From Lobosporangium transversale (lineage: Eukaryota): a stretch of 64,000 bases of DNA. Both the position numbers and the translations under genes were made by a program. Position 1 is the stretch's first letter. Each line of letters starts with the position of its first letter. The notes below the pieces were generated by a model. That model did not search any database. It was not told the origin of the DNA and saw only the letters and a list, made by a program, of their open reading frames with translations. The stretch is from the NCBI RefSeq assembly GCF_002105155.1, contig NW_019029015.1:248001-312000 (forward strand), in the 5' to 3' direction. Below, in pieces: positions 11,214 to 25,695 of the stretch.

Positions 11214-12958
11214 ATTGGTTCAATTGCTGGTCCAGAATTCGGTGGCTGCGAAGATATTTTAGCTTCCCAATTTGGAGTATTATCAACTGTCAACTGTCCC
11301 GATGTGATAACCATTCTCTTGCCTGTTTTTCATTCCAACACTCATTAATTACATTGCTTTTTGTTAGCCTGGCCTCAAGGGTAACAAGCCCATAACCGAC
11401 CTTCAGCCAGAAACGCCGGTCAATGGAGAAAAACACAATAGCAAAGACAAAGTTGAGAATAAAGCCGATAAATAAAGTGATAAAGATAGAGGAGAATATT
11501 AAGATCCAATTAGAGTCAAGTCAAAAAACTAGACAGACTGTTGCAGACACTTGCTATATCACCAAAATCTACTACAGAGTTGCGCGTAAGATTGGAAGAG
11601 CCTCATAGTCAACTCCGTGGAAACTGTGCTGCTATAGAAATCTCCAAAGGCTCCAAACGAACCCGTGTTAAAGCGAGCTGTCTTATAGGCTGGCTCGACA
11701 AGGTCATCTTAGGGTAGTAATGTGCCTGATCACATTTCCAGAAAATAGTGGCGGGTAGATCTTGCTTAATACATACTATTGGTGGATAGTGTCCATCTTG
11801 TTTAATCAATAATTAACCAAGATTAAAATGAGACCTCATCACTTGTGATTCGCAATAAGCACCTGGCCAAATATGACACGACTCAATTGGTTCTTCTCGC
11901 TTAAATAATGAACTTGGCGGCCTAGTTTTTGAAGGAAGGGGTGATAGACAAGTAGAAAGGCTTCCAAGCCGCCATCGGGGAAATATATGATTTGCAGGAG
12001 TGGTATATATCATTTCCATGCAACCAGGCCCTTTCCTTTCCGAGGTTGTATTTTTATAATGGTCCGAATGGTCCGTGCAACGAGGCGAATTGTGTGCAGA
12101 TGGCGATGATCACTTCGTATCGACATTGGCAATTTAAAATTATTCCACGAGGAACTTTCTTTGCAGGCTCACAAATGTCAAAAAAAAAAAAAAAAAAAAA
12201 AATTGCGCTACAAATGTGGTAGCGATTAAATCAGAGATTGTCACCATATTTGGATGTTTGGGTCAGAGATTGATTATTGTATCCTTCCTGGTGCCCAGTG
12301 ATATTTATACATGTATACTTGGATGTGAATACAGAAAAAATTTTATACAATTATGCATGAATCTCTTTTTTTGAATCTTCAGGTGACACAGATTTTATCC
12401 GACAGAAGCAATTAAAGTTTTATGCACCAGTTGGAGTTTGTGTAGAGAATTGCTAAAAGTCCCGAACTTGCCCTGAGCTGTCTCAAGTCAGAGAGACAAG
12501 ACAATACCCACACTCAGGACGTTAATCTTCAGTCGGTGTAGAAGAATTGGTCTATATACAATTTGAGCTATTCATCTTCGATCCAACACGACAAAAAAAA
12601 AAAAAAAAAAAAAAAAAAGAAACGCTGTCAACGTTGATTGTACTCAAAACATTTTGCAAACGGAAAAAGAATGTCGGTCAGCGATGGAGTGGAAGGCCGT
12701 GCTTTTCCTTGCTCCATACATCATTCTCTCCGACCCGCAAGAGAGCCTCATGCCGGCTGTGTCGTAGACTTCGCCCTACAACCCATGTGCATGTGCCATG
12801 TGTATATTTTAAACTTTCTTAAACTTCTTTAAATTAAACCGCATTTTGGTTTTTTTCTAAAAATTTTTTTTTATCTCACAAAAATTAATTTCATATTATC
12901 TTTAAGACATTTCAATTCTTCCATTCCATAACTTTTATTCATCTCATTCTCATTCACC

Positions 12959-14879
12959 ATGGCAGGGAAAATCATCTCGATTCCCTCAATCGCCGCCATC
13001 CTCATTCCACTACTTGTACTTGTTTGCACAGTGTTCGGTGCTGGTTTACTAAATGTTGCGCCGGCTCCATATCTGCAGATCGCCTTGTCATTAGGCTATC
13101 TAGAGCGACTTGGCCCTTGGTCCTTGGCATCCATCTTTCCAAACCTATATCTATTCGCTTGTATTACTATCGGAACAGGCATTGCATACGCGGGCATGCT
13201 TCAAGGGGATGAATGGGACAACTCATTGATGGTTACCCCATTCTTGATTGGTATGGGTGCTGCCCTTGTGGGTTTGATCCCTCTCTGGGTTCACCTTGCC
13301 TGGCAACAGCGGTTCTTGCAATCTAAAAGATTTCAAAACGGCCCATCTGCCTTACTCGCGACTTTGGTGGCACCAGCCGTCTGGGTGGCTATCTTTACCA
13401 TCGTGTATGCTGTCAGTCCTATCGGATCATATGGTTCCATCGCATACACTCAGTTTCAGTTGGAACCAGTAGTCCAATGGTCATCAGTAGCAGGCATTGC
13501 TGGTATCGAGTTCTTGGTGGTAAGTCTTTTTTTTTTTTTTTTTTTTTTTTTTCCCTTAAAATAATAGTTGTTTATGAAATATAAAATCTAATAGCCTTTC
13601 TACTTGTTTCTGCTATATAATACTGCTAACGACAACACCAATCCTGATACCAAAAGGTTTGGTCAGCAGTCATTATTCAACGTTCCTGGACCAGATATGT
13701 GCGATATGATGTCAGCAGAGAAGAAGACTTCAAAACATGGAACCCTATCGGATCAGAAACGCGTCCCAGCCATCGTCGAAGCCTGTTGCGCCGCATTGCC
13801 TTCTCTCCAACGCCTACATTCCTAATTGTGACACTGTTTATTTACACCTTTGGATCAATGCGCTTCTGGAATGGCACAGGGTCTTTCTACATGAAGCCTC
13901 TACGAGACACTATTCAGCCCACTGTTAAGGCTAGCTGTGTGATCGGTTCTTCTGAAACAAACGATATGGCTCTTTACTTGAACCAGACTGTCGATCTGGC
14001 AAGGAATGGATCTGAGATCGTGATGTGGAGTGAGGGTGCGGTCAAGATCAACAACGAGCAGGAAAAGTTGCAATTCTGGGATAAAGCTAGAAACATTTCA
14101 ACCACCTATGGTATCTATCTGGGCGTCACTTATGCTGAGTATGTGGATAGCGCTCTGGTTCAGAACAAGAACATGTTTACAGTCTTTGATCCCAGAGGCC
14201 AAGTTGTGATTGAGTACCAAAAGGCTCATCCTGTAACCATGGTTGAGACAACGGTCATTGCTGGACCCAATGTCCTCCCCACATTTGATTCTGAGAAGTA
14301 CGGTCGCTTCGGAGCCGCTATCTGCTTTGACTTGGATTTCCAGAATTTTATCGCCCAGGCTGGCGATAAAGAGGTCGATATTCTGCTTCAGCCAAGCTGG
14401 ACATGGGGTAAGTGGACAAGTTGCCAAAAAAAAAAAAAAAAAAAAAAAAAGAAATATCATCTAATCATCTTTATAAACAATTATTCATAGCATCCATTGG
14501 TCGCCTGGAAGCCTCGATTCAGTCATACAGAGCGGTAGAACAGGGATTCACTGTTTTCCGATGTGGTTCCTGGGCACCATCTACTGTCTGGGATCCTTAT
14601 CATCAGATTTTTGGATACAAATATCTTTTGGGCTCTGGTACCTTTACTACCGACATTCCTCTCCGTAAACATGTACCAACAATCTATAATGCTGTTGGGA
14701 ACCTCTGGGCATATATCTGCTGCGTGTTTTCAATCATTGCTCTCATCTTGGTGATTGTGCCCAAGAGGTTTGTGGATAGTTGGATGCATGCGGTCGAGAG
14801 ACGTCTTTCAAAGAACAATTCTGGCTCTGAGGCTAGTGATGGATCGCAAAGCGAGCCTGCACAGGCTTCAAGTGTGTAA
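12959..14879 (+). CDS. Membrane carbon-nitrogen hydrolase, apolipoprotein N-acyltransferase (Lnt)-like; exons 12959-13519, 13657-14407, 14491-14879
   Basis: Multi-TM N-terminus with GSYGSIAYTQ...VQWSSVAGIAGIEFL. Nitrilase triad WSE(G), YQK(AHP), AIC(FDLDF), then RAVEQG, TIYNAVG and a C-terminal TM helix. Confidence 0.85.
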
Positions 14880-15090
14880 CGGGAAATAAACCATATAGAA
14901 AGAAAGAGGAGGAAATAATACCATTATTCACTTTTCAGTTACCATTGTATTAAATCAATAAAATCCATGCCGTTATGCCTTTATTACAAAATGCAGTAAT
15001 GTGTTATATAGTATTATTATTATTATTATTATTTTGTTGAGCGCCCTGAAGCACCAGTTAGTCCATTACCTTCCTTGCTCTGAACTATCT

Positions 15091-16514
15091 TCACATCCGA
15101 ACGAATATCCGCTTTTCTTCTTTGAAACGAATAAATAGCGGCAGGCATGCGCCGAGGAAGGTTATCAAACCTGCGAATGCCTGAGCCCATATGTAGGATC
15201 CGTTTGATGCTGCAATCAGCGCTGAGGCTAATGGGGTTCCAAACAAGTTACCTAATTCGAACCAAACAAACAAGCGAGCAAAGAGTATAGGCTTTAGTAG
15301 CTGATCAAAAAAAAAAAAAAAAAAAAAAAATATTCTTACCAAAAAAGTTGCCTGAATAGAGCAAACCGACGGATGCTGCCAAGGCCTCCACACCAATGAC
15401 ATTGGCTGCGACAACAGGAAAGAGACTGTTAAATCCTCCAGCATTTATTCCATAAAAGATCATGAAGACGGTGACCATGGTTAAGTTCTTGGCAGTCATC
15501 CAGAACATGTAGCAAGCAAGGCCACTAAGAGCTGAAGTGAGGATCAAGATATTCAGAGGACCAAAAACATCTGCTACAAATCCTGTAGCAACTCTAGAGA
15601 ATGCATTCACGCCCGCAAATGCTCCCACTAAATTGGCTCCTACAGTCGGATCCAGGCCGATGTCGGTAACGAATTCCGGCATTAGGAAAATAGGAGTCAG
15701 ATAGCCGAATGTTACAAACATACCCTACAATGGTAAAGAGGAAGGAGATAAGTCTCTAAGGAATAAGGTGATTGACTATCAATAAGAATAGCTCTTCCAT
15801 ATTCTCATACCATGAGAAACATGAGAGTGAACCCCATGTGCTTGAACATGGATACGTCAAACAAAGGGCCACCTCGTTTCTTTGGTGGGACCCTTGTACG
15901 AATACAAGGCAGGACAGAGCAGACAATGGTGATGGCCGCGATGCCCACGATCCGTAATGCCCATTGATGTCCTAGTCGACTGATCAAGTATCGATTCAAT
16001 GGCGCTAATGTTGCTCCTCCCACGCCTGATCCTGCAACAGTAATGCCGGATGCAAGGCCTCTCCTCTTTTCAAACCACTGCACTGGGATCGCGACGGAAG
16101 TGAACAAGGCCATTCCTGCGCCCAATCCATACATAAATCCCTACAATACGAAACAATACATGGTTAATAAAAAAATGAAGCGTGGAGTTACAAATTTGAA
16201 CGTCATTCTTTCTAGCACCTACCTGAGTCAGATAGAGCTGCCAAAGTGAGGTTGCGAAGCTTGCCAGGATCATGCCACTACCGCTGATGAGAATGCCTGC
16301 AACAATGATTTTCTTTAGTCCAAACTGAGCAACCATATATCCCTGAAATGGAGTAGTCAGAAAGACACTGGCACTTCCAATTCCTCCAGACCAAGAGATC
16401 TGAGATAATGTAGCCCCATTAAAAATGTTATGCTCGACATAGTACTGTTGATAGACACCCCAGGAAAAGTTGAATCCCCAGCAACTGCGTGCATATCCCA
16501 CCATTAGAAGAGAG

Positions 16515-16546
<32 letters not shown>

Positions 16547-17212
16547 ATTCGTTGAGCAGTTAGAAAATATGAGAGCAGAGGAGCAGTGGTTCGATTCCAC
16601 ATCTTTAAGATTGGTCCCCCCATGAAAGGAAAAAAAAAAGGCCTGTGCAGATCGATAAAGATCCTCCTGCATGCAATTCATTTTTTAGCATTTTCTTGTC
16701 CAAATCAGGCATGCTTACCAGAATTGAATCATAAATGCTCCTAATACAACGAACCATCCAAACCCACCATCTGGAAATGTCATGGGCGCAGCCTTCAAGT
16801 TTAGGGTAGCTTCAGTACTGGAGGGGTCCATCGCTGTCTCTACATCTGAAAGTTTTTCGTTACATGCTATTTCAGCATCTTTGGAGGCATAGTTCTCGAA
16901 CATGGACTCGGATTTGGATTCTGACTCAGTTTTGGCTTCGAGTTGGTTCTGATCTGTACGTCGCACAAGATCGACAGAGCTCTGTTCATTGATTTTCCCT
17001 GATTTGGCATCTTCAGGGCTCGTTGCTTCTAATGGAGGAGCAGAAACTGGGACTGGGCTCGACAGATCATTTGTTTTAAGGATAGGAGTGATGGGTGATG
17101 GTAATGATGATGGTGATGATAATGATGATGGTGATAATAATGAAGGTGAATCTTGAATGGAAGTAGGAGCAGTGATAATATTAACTGCATCTTTATCTGA
17201 ATGGGATGCCAT
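15091..17212 (-). CDS. MFS transporter, monocarboxylate porter (MCH-like) family, multi-exon
   Basis: FPDGGFGWFVVLGAF, SWGVYQQYY, QWFEKRRGLASGITVAGSGVGG and SRVATGFVADVFG motifs across spliced exons. Confidence 0.92.
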
Positions 17213-17599
17213 TTCCTTGTAATGAAACTATTTAGAGTTGTGGAATGTTTAATTGTTTAATCAAAGTACATGAATTATATGTCAAGGAAATGGCTTCTTA
17301 GGGGTATTAGGTATTATTATCGTTATTATTATTTTTCCACCTAATGTTTCTGAAGTGATCAAAAAACTGCGTGGGAGAACAAAGGGTAACAGAAGGATGA
17401 GAGAAGAGGAGGAAGAGTGGAGAGAAAGAGGAGAACAGAAAGAAAGAAGGAAAGAGACATGGAAGGAAAGAGATATGGGATAGGCTGCTCTTATTAACTT
17501 TTTTTTTTGTCACCATTGGAGCATGCGAGATAGCTGCGATGTGAGCAAGAGCAGAGGGGTGATTGGAGGATTGAGTATATACTCAGCGTCGAGTCATTT

Positions 17600-17630
<31 letters not shown>

Positions 17631-18071
17631 GCCATGCTTGCGATAAGAAATTATTCACAAAGAAAAAGGGGACCTGTCTCTTGATTCTCCCCCTGAGTGG
17701 TTATATTTGTCTTTTATCTCTCAACTACACAAGCTGCTTATCTTGTAAAGGTTAGTGCCAAGTCTATTGTACACAAGGAACGTGGGTATCGGAAAAATAT
17801 GTTTGTATGGGATTAATGTCCACCGGCATATCACCAACGCGCCGTACTTTCCAGGGAACAAAAACAAAAAAAATTATTGTCACTTTTGAATAATTGTTTT
17901 CAGCCCGGAAAGGAACTCGTCATGTCATCCTGGCTCATTCCTCTTACTCTATCAAGTCTGCAAAAGTAAATCTTCGGAACTTTTTTTCGTTTTTCGATTT
18001 ACTTTTAAGATAGGTAACCTTCCTCTTTATAGATAATAGCCTTGAACACGTCTTTATCATTTCACGATATT

Positions 18072-19625
18072 CTACGATTGTGCTTCGCGTATAAGCGCGT
18101 CCTCGACCATAGTTTTGATACACTTCACAGTCTCATCGCCCATCTGATAATAGTCGAAATTCTTGCTCGGATTGAACATCTCCATATGGGCTTCGATTTC
18201 ATCTTGGCCAGAACACATACGGGGAGAGAATTTGGATTGCATATCGCTCGGGATAGAGGCCAACTCCACAAATGTCCTAGATGTTGTTTTCCAATTATTT
18301 GCAGAGCTAGCTGGGATTTGCACCTGCGTATAGAAGCAGTGGAACCCAATGGGTAATTTGAGAACATCTGCCACTCTACCAGAACAATGAAGAAAGGAAA
18401 AAAAAAAGTATTAGCCAGTGAAGAATGAAAAGTGTATATTTCACTTATATATTATCTCATAACATACCTCCGTGTGAGCTGCGTGCTATTCCAGAGGATG
18501 CCCACGAATTGTAAATGTGAGGTAATATATTCCATGCCCTTATTCACATGACTATTAACAGTAACAGCCGCCCCTGTGGCTAACACGGCGGCACCGACGC
18601 CTAGTGCGACTGATCCCCAGCTCCACTTTGATCCAGATGATGAGGAGGATGAACTGGTCGTTATTACTCTTTTTTCATTTTGAGATGATTTGACCGATGT
18701 ACTCGACCATAATGACCCAACACTGAATCCATTTGAAGCTGAACCTGGTTCCTGTTCACCCTTTTGCTTTATCCCCTTCTTTGTTTGAGTATCTGATATT
18801 GTAGCCGGATTCAATGCGTTCCATGTAGTAGCCGCTGGTATGTATGCTGACATGAGATTATAGGCCCCTATAGCCTTTTGTGCCATCCCTGTTGCTCTCT
18901 CATATGCTGCATGAGTAAAGACAGTGTGATTCAATCCGAAATAGGGTGTATCGAACGCTAATATGCCAATGACAGGTGACTTTTGAAGTTGTTCTTCAAG
19001 GAGGATTGCAGCATCAGCAGCTGCAAACATTTTAGGAAATAAAATATAAAAAAATTGTTCTTAGCTTAGTTTTCCTTTCTGTTTAGACAGTTTGGAGAAA
19101 TAAAAACTATTGGTTTTTTTTTTTTTTTTTTTTTTACCTACTAATCCACCCATCGAATGGCCAACAAAGCATACATAGACGGGGGGTATCTTTTCGTTCT
19201 GTGTCTTGGTTTCGATCTGTTCTCCTTGATTCGTTTGCTGTTTTTGTGGCCCATATGCACGAATGTTGAATACTTCTCTGGCTTCGACTTGTTGTCGAGT
19301 CCATTCTGCAAATGTCTTTACGGCTACCTGCATTAACAGATTTGTACAAATATGTGAATAAAGAATAAATCGACTGGAACATGTTAGACTACGCTTTTTT
19401 TTTTTTTTTTTTTTTTTTTGAGCTGAGAGAGTGTGTGTGTGTTACCGAAAAGTCTCCTCGAGTATCGTACTGAGGATAGATAATGGATTCAACATCGAGG
19501 TTTATTTTTGCATTGGTGAAGATGGTCATGATCCTTGTTGGGAAATCCAGAAAAGTGTGGAGGTCATGGCCCTTGAATCCATGCACGAACAAGAGCAAGA
19601 TGGTTGCTTTGGGAGGCGGTAACAT
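18072..19625 (-). CDS. Alpha/beta hydrolase, DUF676/lipase-like, 4 exons
   Basis: LLLFVHGFKG, FVGHSMGGL nucleophile elbow, GILAFDTPYFG and DEIEAHMEMF motifs. Likely ATG at 19625. Confidence 0.85.
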
Positions 19626-19853
19626 TGTGTCGATTAGAGGGAAAGATGAATGGGTTGATAAACAGGAAAAAAGGAAAGCAGTTGTGTATGGTATGTGTTT
19701 GTATGAAGGGGTATAGTTCGGCGAAGCAGGGCTTCCTTTTTTGCACACAATGGCAACGGATGTTGTGAGGTGACTGTGCATATTGTACACAAAAAAGCTG
19801 GTTCAATTCTTTTTTTGAATGTCTTCTTCATTCATTCAGATCTTTGCCCCTCA

Positions 19854-22772
19854 ATGGGAGTGCTTGGGCTCTATAGTTACTTTGAATGCAGATCGCTTGG
19901 CATTCGCAAGAGCTGGGTCTCACCTGATGAACCATCGATCTCTGAACAGCAACAACAGGGGCAACAGAAAACGGAGCAAAGGCGATATTTTATTCTTGAT
20001 GGAAATGCATACATCCATCACCTCTACTGTGGTCAATTCGAATGGATCTGGGGTGGTCAATACAGCTCCTTTGTCAGCCTCTTGATCGCCCATATCTCTG
20101 CTCTAACTGCCTGTGGCTTCCGTCTTCAGTTCCTTTTCGATGGTCCACTTCCACTTCAAAAACTTCAAACACGTTTAAACAGAGACACCGAAAAGATTCA
20201 CAAAATGAGTAGAGTGATGAACGATCTGGAGCATTACCATGCCTCGGGACTCTATAATAGAGGAGTTGGTGGAAATGAAAGCAACGATACTCTCCTATCG
20301 AGCCATGGATTAGCAGCTGCTCACTCTTTAGCAGGAATTGGGTTAGCATCAGCATCGGCACCTGGAACATCTGGAGCAAGAACAGGAAGCAGATCTAGTT
20401 CAAACTTTTTAATCCCACCACTGGTGATGGAGGTCACTTTACAGACATTGAGGTCCTTAGACGTTGACCTACTGGTATGTGAAGGAGAGGCAGATGGTCT
20501 CGTTGCGCAATTGGCTATGGAAAAATCCATGGATGAGGGTGTCGAGGAAGCATACGCTGTTAGCAAAGACTCTGGTAAATATATGTGCGTGAAAATAGCA
20601 ATTGACGAGGAAATCGATCATTATGGCTAATGCTCCTTTACTATCTCTTTGTCAGACTATTTCATCTACAACACTGGATCTTCTACAAAGGGCGGATATA
20701 TCCCACTTGATACCTTTTACACCTCCAAAAATCCAGAGACATCTGCTATCACGATCACAGCAACAGTCTATTCTCAGTCAGTAATCGCCAATCATCTTGG
20801 GATCCGCCCCGAATTCCTTCCATTATTTGCATCACTTACAGGAAATGATTACCTAAGGCCCGATGTCTTTGAAGGTCAAATTGCTAAATCATTGGCTTCT
20901 GCAACGGGTCAAAAGCTCTCAACCGCATCCAACACCAATCACGCTCGGATCAAGGCTACAGCAGGGTTCTTGAAACAATACGGAGCAGGCTTTGATGGTA
21001 CAAAAGGTAGTCCTATTCCTGCCATTCCTAGGGCTGATAATGATTTCGTGTTCTCCAAAGAACAAACTGACAAAGTCATGGAGAGAATATTGGAAGATCG
21101 GATACACCTTTATCCGGCAGAAACCTCTGAGCGGCGACACGAACTGAGATCGTTGCTCAAGGAATCTATACAGCAATATGTACCAATCATCCAGAGTAAT
21201 ACCGGAACATTATTTTCACCGTTATCATCGAGCTTTGCTTCTACTCCATCAAGCGAAGTTATGTTTCATAAAATTAAGGATGCCTTTCGGACAGGTCAAT
21301 TTTCATTCAAACTCATGGATGTGGTCTGTAATAAGATGTTTTGGTGTACACCCTTCCTAGAGGATGTGAATCGTGAGAGTGCTTGGTTAGTTTCCAGGGA
21401 GATGAGGCGGTGGGTCTATGGGATTTTAGCGTGCAGCCTCTTCAGCAAACTAGGGAGTGACCATGATGACAAAGATGAAAAAGGGTCTTTATTAGATGTA
21501 GTCGAATATGTGAGACGTGGAGACCACCTGTCCGCTGAGATAGTCACTGGAGTATCTAGCTTGGAACTGGATGAAATGTTGAGAACTGCACAGGCGAAGG
21601 AAGCGATCAGGAAAACTAAACCAAGCATCTATGCCATGGATGTCAACACCTCTTCTGCTGCCTCTGCTACTGATGACCTTCATAGTGTTTACCAAGGGAA
21701 AGCTGAAACAATGAGCATCGACATCCCTTTTAATGAATTCGATAACGACATGAACAGTCAGAATTCGATATCCAAGAATGAGTTAGATCAGGCTAGCAGG
21801 ACTAGCCTTTTTCTCGGAATCTTGGGTGCAGATACTGACAATATCCGCTCACTTCCAAAACCCTTCATGGCTCTGGCAGCGACCCTACGGTACCTCATTA
21901 ACGCATTGGCACATTCCAAAACAAGGTCAACCAGCATCCCTATCGCCAATTTTGAGGTGATTGCTATTGTTGCCTCAGTTTTGTTTCTCAGAGAGAAATA
22001 TTATCCAGAAACAATACCATCTGAATTTTCAGCACCTAGCGAACATCAGGACACTAATATACTCACAACGAACTCGAAAATGTTAACAACGGCGATAACT
22101 CCCAAGTCCGCGCCCAGTAGTTCGTCGTTTGGTTTTGATGAAACACCGCCACTGACTAAACGATCCCTTTATCTGTCGACGCAATATCAACATACCCTTG
22201 GGACAGTGTCCTTACTAGCGAATTCATTACAGCTTGAAGACATGATTCCACCGCTTGCGACACTTTTTGATGGGCTATTGTTCCAACAAACATTGGCTCT
22301 TGCTCGAGGCGGCACCTTACTGGAACAGCGAATGATTTACCAAGAATCGATTGATCTGTACCATAGGATTCTGGCTGCAGTTGAGGAGGGCTTTATTGAC
22401 ACGGGCGAAATTGACGTGGTAGTTGTTTTTCGAGCTCCAGCTGGTAGTAGGAAAAACCAACAGCAGCAGCAACAGCAACAGCAGCAGAGACGCGTATCTC
22501 TTGGGATATTCGGACCAGAGGTTAAGCCTGTCAATCAACTACCGTCTGCCACACCTTTGGCGTCTGGGTCATCTTCAGCAAGTTCCTGGTCTATAAAGAC
22601 TACAAAATCTTCAGCAATCCAAAAAAAATCATCTGGATCGTCGAAAAGACGAATAGGAAACGGTAGTGGCGGCCGCAATGGTGGCAACAATAATACCCGG
22701 GGAAGTGGCGGTAGTAGCGGCAGTAGTGGAGGAAATATGTTTAATGTTCTTGCCCTTGGTTGTGAATTCTGA
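19854..22772 (+). CDS. Asteroid/FAM120-like PIN (XPG-like) domain protein; exons 19854-20574, 20656-22772
   Basis: MGVLGLYSY, ILDGNAY, WIWGGQY, FLFDG...K, GEADG, SKDSDYFIY (across the intron), LFASLTGNDY and LFDGLLF motifs. Confidence 0.88.
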
Positions 22773-22941
22773 TTACGGCAGTATGAGGCATCACTATCAA
22801 CAACATTCATCATCGTTTTCGTTTTAATTGCCATCATCATTATTATCATTATCATTGTTACTAGATAAAGATACTTTAGAACATACTTGTTTTCTCACAG
22901 AGTCTGTTTGTGTAAAAAGGAATTTTTTTATTTTCTTCTTT

Positions 22942-25150
22942 TTACAAAGTAACCTGCGCACCAAGCATATCGTCCTCTTTGAACGCAAGTGCTTGGTCCC
23001 AGTAATGCTGCACACCAAACCGTGCCAATGTCTCCTTCAATTGTGCGTCTGTCCTGCATTTAAAAAATCTGAATGTTTTGAATTGTCGCTCCCTCAGTTG
23101 TCCTTCCCAAACCAATAGACACTTGTTGTCAATCGTCGCTCCATTCTCGGACGCTGCAGTCACTTCGCTTCCATCTAACCGTGTGTTATCTGTCCAGTCG
23201 ATTCTCCGCAACATTAACTTCTTGTATTGGTTGATTGCCTTTCCCCCTCCTTCTACCACTACAATCGTAAAAGTAGGGTACATGAGCACAATCCCTGTCA
23301 ATCCTAATTGCTCTGCATTCTTATCCACTTTAAACTTTTTCTGTGGATGAGAAAGGTCGTTAATCCTACAAGAGCGCATACGCACAGAAAAAAAGAATGA
23401 AAAAATTAGCAGCTTCTCTAAAAACCGAAGTGCAAAAAAAAAAAAAACATAGATAAAAATAAAAAACATACTTATATAGACTGACGTGGATCCCCTTGGC
23501 CAAATCTTCTTCCTTCTTTTTCGCTTCTTTGGCTTTCTTTTCCTCATGAGTCAATTTCCGCTCTGCATTCATATCCAAGTGGCCTTGCAATCTAGCGGCC
23601 ACTTGTTGTCTGACCTTCATTTCTACCTCTGTTGGATTCAAAACCGCTTCCTGCCCCAAGACACGCATCATGTTGGCTAGTTTAACCTTTGGTGCATCTG
23701 GTGGCAGTAATCCCAACCTGATCTTATCCTGTTTCTCCTTCAGTAATTCCCGTCGCTTCTGCCTTCTCAATTTTTTGCGCTCCTTAGTTGTCAACATCAG
23801 CGGTCGTGGTTTTGCACTAGCTGCATGTGCGGCTTCATTTGGAGGTTCAATAGGAACGGGATGTTGGATATAATGGGTGATCAAAGAATCTTCCGTTTCA
23901 ATCTTGCAAAGTCCCTGTGCGTAGTCATCGTAGGTTTTGTTAGGTAAAAATGCAGCATCCCACCATTCGACTCCTTTCAATGGTTCATGCTAATAGTGTG
24001 ACATTTATTAACGAAGCAATATTAGTTAATTTCCTTGTATCAAAGGTCGTTTATGACAAATTTGGTGTAGTATATGTTATAAAGGATCAGTTTGTCTTAC
24101 TTTGACGAATCCATCCTTGACCTGCAAGTCCTCTTCTTGCACATTAGCCTGTCCACTCTGTTCAATGTCCTTCTTCAGTTGCTCCACACGCTGTTCTGCT
24201 CGGACCTGGTTCGCAATGCTTTTAAATTTGCCCTTGGGTGCAAATCTAAGTGGCCTTGATTTGCGTTCCCGAGGCGCTGCTGATAAGTTAGGGTCGAAAT
24301 ATGGATTCTTTTCAGGGTCCACAAAATCTTCTGGTACATCTAAAAGCTTGAGCTCTTTCTTGGGTTCTACTTTTTGATTAATCTAAATAGGAACAAAAGA
24401 GGAAGATAACCGATATATTTGTAAGTAGCATGGCCATGCAGCGAAAATGGTATATATATATATATATGTAATACTAATGAAAATCAAATTTGACTGAGAC
24501 GTTCATGAATCCAACGGTCATAAAAAATAAAATATTTTTTAAAAAAAGTGCTTAAATGTACATACTTTTGCAGTGGCGAACGATGGCCCCTTCATACCCT
24601 TTCCTGATGTAACTGAATTGATAATCAAATTTCCTGCTTCATCCCGCGAGATCATAGAACTGAGATCTACTCCTAATCCTCCTCTGGCTCTTGGCTCATT
24701 AGTTGTTTGTGCCGGCGCTGCAGCTGGTGTAGTTCTTGTTGTCGTAGGCGTAATGGCAGGTGTTGTAGGCCGTTGAGTACTAAGGGTCTGTTGAACCTTC
24801 GCCCTAATAGCTTCAGTTCTCTGACGAATCAATTCTGCAGCAGATATTCCTGCTCCAGGTCTTGCTGTCGATACTGCTGCCGATGCTTGGGGTTGCTGTG
24901 ATCCTTGAGCCTGCTGTTGCTGTGCCTGTTGACTTTGTTGTGCTCTCAAAGCTAATGCAGCAGCCTGAGCCTTCGCCATGGCTTGGGCCAACTCGGCTTT
25001 GATCTATTAATTCATATTAATAAAATAGATAGTACAAAGTCAACATAAAGGAACCAACATTCTTTTTTTTTTTTTTTTGATTGGGTTGATCTCGCTCAAG
25101 AGCAACGTGTAATGTTTAAAACAACTTGCCTGTTCCGGTGTCTTGGCCAT
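22942..25150 (-). CDS. PRP3: U4/U6 snRNP splicing factor Prp3, multi-exon
   Basis: NPYFDP, VEWWDA, ITHYIQHPVPIEPP, LTTKERKKLRRQ, DKIRLGLLPP..PKVKLANMMRVLG, VVVEGG and YKKLMLRRIDW motifs. First exon MAKTPEQ (25150-25130) joins via a GC-AG intron. Confidence 0.95.
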
Positions 25151-25362
25151 AATACTTGTCTCTCTTTCGCTCAATGATCTATGCTTCACTGAATACCCCC
25201 GTCTTATAGGATTGTCGTCGAATGGTACAGAAATGCTAAAAAAAAAAAACGTAAATTAAATGCCGCGGCTGTTGTCACCTGATACTATATCACGTGGGAA
25301 GCCCATTTTTATGTGCCTACAATCAAAATAAAAAGTCGCGTAGAGCAAGTGATCAAACTCTC

Positions 25363-25399
<37 letters not shown>

Positions 25400-25695
25400 A
25401 TCGTATAGTATGGATAACATGTAACAGAGCTCAATGTACATGTACTTCATTAGGACTAAAATAGCTTTAATGAAGTATAATATTCTATATGTCAGGAAGA
25501 AAAAAGCTGTGCTAAATGATCATAAATATAGGAAGTTTATTAGTCAATCCCCGCCACTGGGCTCCTTCGGGCGTAACTGGCTCATTATTCAGCTATGGAC
25601 TCTCAAATTTTAACATGTTTTTTTTTTTTGTTTTTTTGTTTAGCGTAGATGCCAGTTTAACGCGCTTATTGGGAAAAAGAGGAGCGGAAAAGCTA

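Noticed and set aside
11423..12020. Run of short ORFs, possible retroelement relic
   Set aside because: No RT, integrase or chromodomain motif could be confirmed.
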